A stretch of 64,000 nucleotides of DNA from Candidatus Latescibacterota bacterium (GTDB lineage: Bacteria; Latescibacterota; UBA2968; GCA-2709665), in contig OZ252100.1 in NCBI GenBank assembly GCA_965248435.1, positions 256,001 to 320,000 of the forward strand, in the 5' to 3' direction. Below, piece by piece: positions 59,595-64,000 of this stretch. The notes below the pieces were generated by a model, which saw nothing but the letters and a program-made list of their open reading frames with translations, was not told where the DNA came from and made no database searches. The position numbers were made by a program, and so were the translations under genes. Position 1 is the first letter of the stretch, and each line of letters begins with the position of its first letter.

Positions 59595-60983
59595 CTAGGA
59601 AGAATCGCCTTCGCCGAGTTTATCGAAGAAGGTCAGGTAAGGTTGACCGGCGACCTCACGTCGAAGCAGCATCGCGAACTCCATGAGGTGATAATCCCCC
59701 CACATACAGGACTCCCCGTTGGGGACGCTTTGCCCCTCCTGCACGTGGTCCCAGCCGTTCGGCCGGTGGTAGACCTGGTGGAGGAGCAGGCCCTGATGCC
59801 CTTCATCTTCAGAGAGATATGGGGGCGCAAAGAGGGCGTCCGCAATCGTGAGCGCAGCCTTCCGATACTTGCTGCCCTCTTGACTCCCCAGATAGGAGCC
59901 GAGTCTATAGAGCCCCTGAGCGGTAACGGCCGCCGCCCCGCTGTCCACCGGCTCGAACGCGTTGAAAGGGTCAGCGCGCCGCGTCCGCCAATCTCCCATC
60001 TTTTCCAGCCCCGGTGCCCCGGTGTCCCAGTAAGTGATGCCATCCGCTGCCGTGCCTTGCTCGATGTAGAAGTCGGACGCCGCGACTGCCGGTTTCCTCA
60101 GCATCTCCTCCACCTCGTCGCGGCCCCCGAAGGGTTCCAGATCGTCGTCGCGCACGACTTCGAGGAATTCAAGGAGTTCCGCATAGCCCGTGACGACCCA
60201 GGAAAGCCCGCGGGTCCAGGTGGAGAAGGGCGAGTATCCCTGCTGCGTACTGGGGCAGCGGTAGTTCCCGTCGTTGACATTGAAAACAGACTCGTGCGCG
60301 ACCCGGCCCCTGACATCGTAGGCATCGCGCCCCTCGCCGTAGTAGACATTGAAACGGGCTGTCGTTTCGGCGTGGCGAATCATTCTTTCGAGGAGAGAGA
60401 TCGTCCGATCGTTCTCTCCTAAAAGGACCTGTCCCAACTGGTGGCTCAGTCCCAGCACGCGGCAGGTCCTTATCGTGTCGCAGAAGAGCGAATGTGGCCC
60501 GTTGAAGGAGTAGATATAACCTTTGCCCTCGTTCAGCCGGGTCCAACGCGAGGCCTGGACGGCTCCAGATACCTTTATCGCCAACTCACAGAATCGGTGC
60601 TCCCCTGATTCGTCCGTCAACGCACCTTCGATGATCATCCGTCTCAAATTTCCATAGCTGGAGATCGTGTTGAACCCGTGATCGTGGACTCCGATATGCG
60701 TCAAATGCGATACCATCCGCTCCCCGGTGCCTTCGCGCCCGATCGAGAGGAAGCGCTCGTCTCTCGATGCCTCGAACTGCAGGAGCGCGCAGCCATACCG
60801 GAACCCCTGCGTCCACTCCGTCCAGCCCCTCGAACTGTATTTTCCATCCACGGTGTAGACCGGGGCCCCCGACTCCGGATCCCACGTTGCGTGAATGGAG
60901 GCGATCTTCTTTCCCGCAATCTCGAAGAGCCGCTCGACCTTCGATCCTAAGTCGTTGACCTTCAGTGTTTCGTTGATTTTCAC
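59595..60983 (-). CDS. GH88-like unsaturated glucuronyl hydrolase
   Basis: WTEWTQGF, HDHGF, QQGY..STWTRG, DSGAAA, WGDY. Confidence 0.82.
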   Translation of the reverse strand: MKINETLKVNDLGSKVERLFEIAGKKIASIHATWDPESGAPVYTVDGKYSSRGWTEWTQGFRYGCALLQFEASRDERFLSIGREGTGERMVSHLTHIGVHDHGFNTISSYGNLRRMIIEGALTDESGEHRFCELAIKVSGAVQASRWTRLNEGKGYIYSFNGPHSLFCDTIRTCRVLGLSHQLGQVLLGENDRTISLLERMIRHAETTARFNVYYGEGRDAYDVRGRVAHESVFNVNDGNYRCPSTQQGYSPFSTWTRGLSWVVTGYAELLEFLEVVRDDDLEPFGGRDEVEEMLRKPAVAASDFYIEQGTAADGITYWDTGAPGLEKMGDWRTRRADPFNAFEPVDSGAAAVTAQGLYRLGSYLGSQEGSKYRKAALTIADALFAPPYLSEDEGHQGLLLHQVYHRPNGWDHVQEGQSVPNGESCMWGDYHLMEFAMLLRREVAGQPYLTFFDKLGEGDSS

Positions 60984-61061
60984 TGGTGCCCTTCCACCTA
61001 AATGCAGACCGACAGATGATGGTGGTCTACGGTCAGTCGTCCGTGGTCCCGTAGAGCGTTC

Positions 61062-61856
61062 TCAACAAGCGATCACCTGCCCGTCGTAGGCCAGACCGAC
61101 CGTTTCCGGCAAATCCACGTCCTGTTCGCCGCACTGTTCGCTGAAAAACCTGTCATCGAGTCGATGCATAATGTGGGTCAGGTAGGTCTCCCTGGGTTCC
61201 AACGCGTTCGAAATCTCCACGGTCTCCCCGACCGAGAGATGCGTCGGATGTCGGGGATTGAAACTCAACCCGTCCATCACCAACACCTCTATGCCGTGGA
61301 GCAACTCGAGGGATTCGGCCGAAATCTGTTTGACGTCTGGCAGATAACCGAAAGGCCCGATCCGGTAGCCGAACGTCTTCACCGCACCGTGAGTAACGGG
61401 GATGGGCAGCACGTCTACACCGCAGACGGTGAAGCGCGTTGAGATCGCGTTCGGGATCAAATGGGCTACGCCGCCCCCCTCGAAGGTCTCTTTCGAAAAC
61501 ATATAGTCGAAGTTTCGCTGCAGGACTCGCATGGTTTCTTCCGGGCCGAAGATCTCCATGTCCATCTTCTGTTTTCGGCAGGGCATCACCAGGTCGTTCG
61601 TCCCGCTGATATGGTCGGAGTGACAGTGCGTATAGATCACCGCGTCGATCTGATCCACGCCGTTCCGGTCGATCTGATCCAGAAAATTTGGACCTGTGTC
61701 GAACTGCAGCCGTGCGCCGTTGACTTCAACGTGGCAGGAAGGGCGGGTCCGGAAGTTCCTGGACCCGGGTTGGCGCGCGTCCAGACAGGTTTCACATTCA
61801 CATCTGTATTCTGGAACCCCTGTTGAAGTCCCGGATCCGAGGATTGTAACTTTCAT
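61062..61856 (-). CDS. PhnP-like metallo-beta-lactamase-fold phosphodiesterase
   Basis: LGSGTSTGVP, CECETC, THCHSDH, THL, LTH, AYDG. Confidence 0.88.
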   Translation of the reverse strand: MKVTILGSGTSTGVPEYRCECETCLDARQPGSRNFRTRPSCHVEVNGARLQFDTGPNFLDQIDRNGVDQIDAVIYTHCHSDHISGTNDLVMPCRKQKMDMEIFGPEETMRVLQRNFDYMFSKETFEGGGVAHLIPNAISTRFTVCGVDVLPIPVTHGAVKTFGYRIGPFGYLPDVKQISAESLELLHGIEVLVMDGLSFNPRHPTHLSVGETVEISNALEPRETYLTHIMHRLDDRFFSEQCGEQDVDLPETVGLAYDGQVIAC

Positions 61857-61940
61857 TTTCTCACTCTAGGCTAGATTTCACAGGCTATAGACCCAAAATA
61901 CGCTTTCCCTGATCGCAAATCAACTTGAACGTCTGACAAC

Positions 61941-61975
61941 AAAAATGGCCCCCTGAATCATTGAAGGGCCCTTTT
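61941..61975. terminator. Possible bidirectional terminator
   Basis: AAAAATGGCCC..GGGCCCTTTT imperfect hairpin. Confidence 0.45.
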
Positions 61976-62025
61976 ACCTCGAGACTTCGCTTCTAAGCCA
62001 CCATTTACAACATCGTTCTGGGCTC

Positions 62026-64000
62026 CTACTCCGCTGACCCCTCCAGTCCCGCAATGAAAAGGAGCAGGTCGGAAAAACCGATGTTTCCGTTCCCGTCCAG
62101 ATCCATCCTGTCGTCGAAGGCGAGATCTCCGGCACTCGCCCCGAAGGCGGTCTGAAAGTCTGAAATCGTGATCGGATCTTGAGTGCCCTCCACGACTAGA
62201 GTCCCCTGTTCCGCGCCGATCTTCAGCTCCTGCGTACCGGAAAGCCCTCCATAGGAGCCGGACACCAACCGCAGCTCGGTCTTTCCCTCGAATCCTTCCA
62301 GCACGCGAAACGTGGCCTGACCCAGCGAACCCCTGTCGGCGCTTGCAGTCCCACCCAGGATGGCGGCATGGATCTCCACCTGGCCCTCGCCGGGACGGGA
62401 GATGAGGTGCCTGCCCGCCTGCATAAGCCCCTCCACTTCGAAACCCACGAATTCAAGTTGCGACGGGTCGAAGCCCAGGCCTGCACGGAACCCTACGATG
62501 CCGCGTGTCCCGGATGTCGCCAGGAGATTAACCGCAACAAGATCTCCCGGGGCACCGCTAAAATGCGGAGCAGCGATCCGCCGCAGCACGATCGCAGGCG
62601 TCGCGACGATGGCCAGTCTGACAGGTTCCATGCCCGCCGCGCTTGCCTGGATCACGACCTCTCCAGATTCACCCGTCGTCACCGTCGTTGTTACCCTCCC
62701 GTCGCCGACCACCCCTTCATCAGCTGTGAGCTGCCCCTGGCCCTCCACGATCTGGAAAGCGACCCGGATCTCGTTGTCCTCATCTAGAATCGTGCCATCT
62801 AGGCTCAGCAGGCTGACCTCCAGGGTGGCGAAATCAGACCCATCACCCGCGATGATCTCCAAATCCGTAGCGATCTCCAGGCGAGCGCTACGATGGGCCT
62901 GGACAGAGAGACGATACATTCCTTGCCTGTTATCCATTGCTTTTACAGATAGATACAGCGTTTCTTTGCGAGATCGATCGAAAACGAACTCCCCGTCGTT
63001 TTCGTAGAAATCCAGGGGCTCCCCGTTCTCGTCGTGGACCTGGATTTGTAGATTCCCCTCCCCACCTGCCGTGATAGCGTAACGATAGCCAGGCATCGCC
63101 TCGAATGAAACCCAATCCGTCTCGTCCACGGTGTGGAGTGTTCGCATTTGAACCTTTCCGTCCACGCCGATCGACTTTGCGACAGTTCGAACATCGTCGG
63201 GTTCGAAAAGATCAGGGAGTTGTCCGGGCAGGGGTTCGGTCACCCTGATCACGACGTAGCGCGCTGCTGCCCCGGGTGCGCTGGCAAGGATCGTGAGCAA
63301 CCCCGGCTCCAGACCGAAAAACCGCGCTGTGGCCTCACCGTGCGTGATCCTCACCACCTCCTCCTGCAGCCTGCCCTCTCCACCCACGACGCGCAGATGG
63401 ACCTCCGTGTTACTATCGTCTATCTGTTCGGAGCCATCCAGATCAAGCAGTTTTAGAGCAAGGACCGATGTGTCAAACCCGTTTGCAGATATCGTCAGCG
63501 GATCCGCCGAAGCGGCCAGCGACCGGATCGCTTTGACATCAAGCGAGGCCGTGACCCCCCAGGCCCCGATCGCACTTGCCTGAACTGTGATCCTTCCAGG
63601 GGTCCTGCTCTTGATTGTCGTCTCGGCACTGCCGCTGGAAGCCATCACCGAGGACAAAGAGAGCGTCCCGTTCCCTTCCAGGATATGGAAAGCAACACGC
63701 GGGTCCTCAACCCCTCCTGAAGCGGACGGGAGCAACTCGGCGTGAATCGTGAGCGTTTCTTGACCGTCTGCGTCGATGGCCCCTTTATCCTTCCATATCT
63801 GAATCGATCGCTCAGGGGCCAGGACCCTCCGCACACGGTGGTTTTCCGTGTCGGCGATGTAAAGCGTCCCGGACCCGTCGAGGGAAAGCCCGAACGGTCC
63901 GGCCAGCAGACTTTGGACGGCTTCACCATCCCCCGAAAACCCCTTCGCACCTCCCCCGACCACGGTCGTGATCCTGCCGGAAGGATCTATTCTCCGGACC
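62026..64000 (-). CDS. Large surface protein (partial): NHL repeats, Big_1 Ig domains, PPC-like, cohesin-like and dockerin/EF-hand
   Basis: GFSGDG..PFGL..LYIADTENHRVR; I.A(D/N)G.D Ig repeats; FEPDD..DWVSF; FDPSQLEF; DLDGNGNIGFSD; open at the right edge. Confidence 0.82.
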   Translation of the reverse strand, partial: VRRIDPSGRITTVVGGGAKGFSGDGEAVQSLLAGPFGLSLDGSGTLYIADTENHRVRRVLAPERSIQIWKDKGAIDADGQETLTIHAELLPSASGGVEDPRVAFHILEGNGTLSLSSVMASSGSAETTIKSRTPGRITVQASAIGAWGVTASLDVKAIRSLAASADPLTISANGFDTSVLALKLLDLDGSEQIDDSNTEVHLRVVGGEGRLQEEVVRITHGEATARFFGLEPGLLTILASAPGAAARYVVIRVTEPLPGQLPDLFEPDDVRTVAKSIGVDGKVQMRTLHTVDETDWVSFEAMPGYRYAITAGGEGNLQIQVHDENGEPLDFYENDGEFVFDRSRKETLYLSVKAMDNRQGMYRLSVQAHRSARLEIATDLEIIAGDGSDFATLEVSLLSLDGTILDEDNEIRVAFQIVEGQGQLTADEGVVGDGRVTTTVTTGESGEVVIQASAAGMEPVRLAIVATPAIVLRRIAAPHFSGAPGDLVAVNLLATSGTRGIVGFRAGLGFDPSQLEFVGFEVEGLMQAGRHLISRPGEGQVEIHAAILGGTASADRGSLGQATFRVLEGFEGKTELRLVSGSYGGLSGTQELKIGAEQGTLVVEGTQDPITISDFQTAFGASAGDLAFDDRMDLDGNGNIGFSDLLLFIAGLEGSAE

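Overview
64 kb of GC-rich bacterial chromosome, mostly minus-strand genes. The gene content (signal-peptide beta-propeller/Y_Y_Y sensor phosphatases, ASH/cohesin/dockerin surface proteins, many stand-alone receivers) resembles Latescibacterota/Handelsmanbacteria-type genomes; this is inference. Left half: propeller sensors, a housekeeping block (ruvX-mltG-pcrA-gatC-pyrG-lptC-lptA-lptB-rpoN), PilZ/receiver signalling genes, an ASH-repeat surface protein, a degenerate sigma54 activator, a hybrid kinase and tRNA-Arg(CCT). Right half: a metal(loid) region with arsC and a merA-less mer-like operon behind a textbook MerR promoter. That operon contains an unannotated MerT-like ORF with an in-frame UGA at the Cys-Cys metal site followed by a SECIS-like hairpin (candidate selenoprotein). 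Next come an ArsS-like radical SAM / PiT / ArsM / 8-heme cytochrome operon and a putatively sigma54-driven flavin disulfide reductase-TVP38-DUF547-msrP operon lacking msrQ. Several single-base frameshifts, mostly in homopolymers, suggest residual long-read errors. No CRISPR array, rRNA, integrase or transposase was seen.
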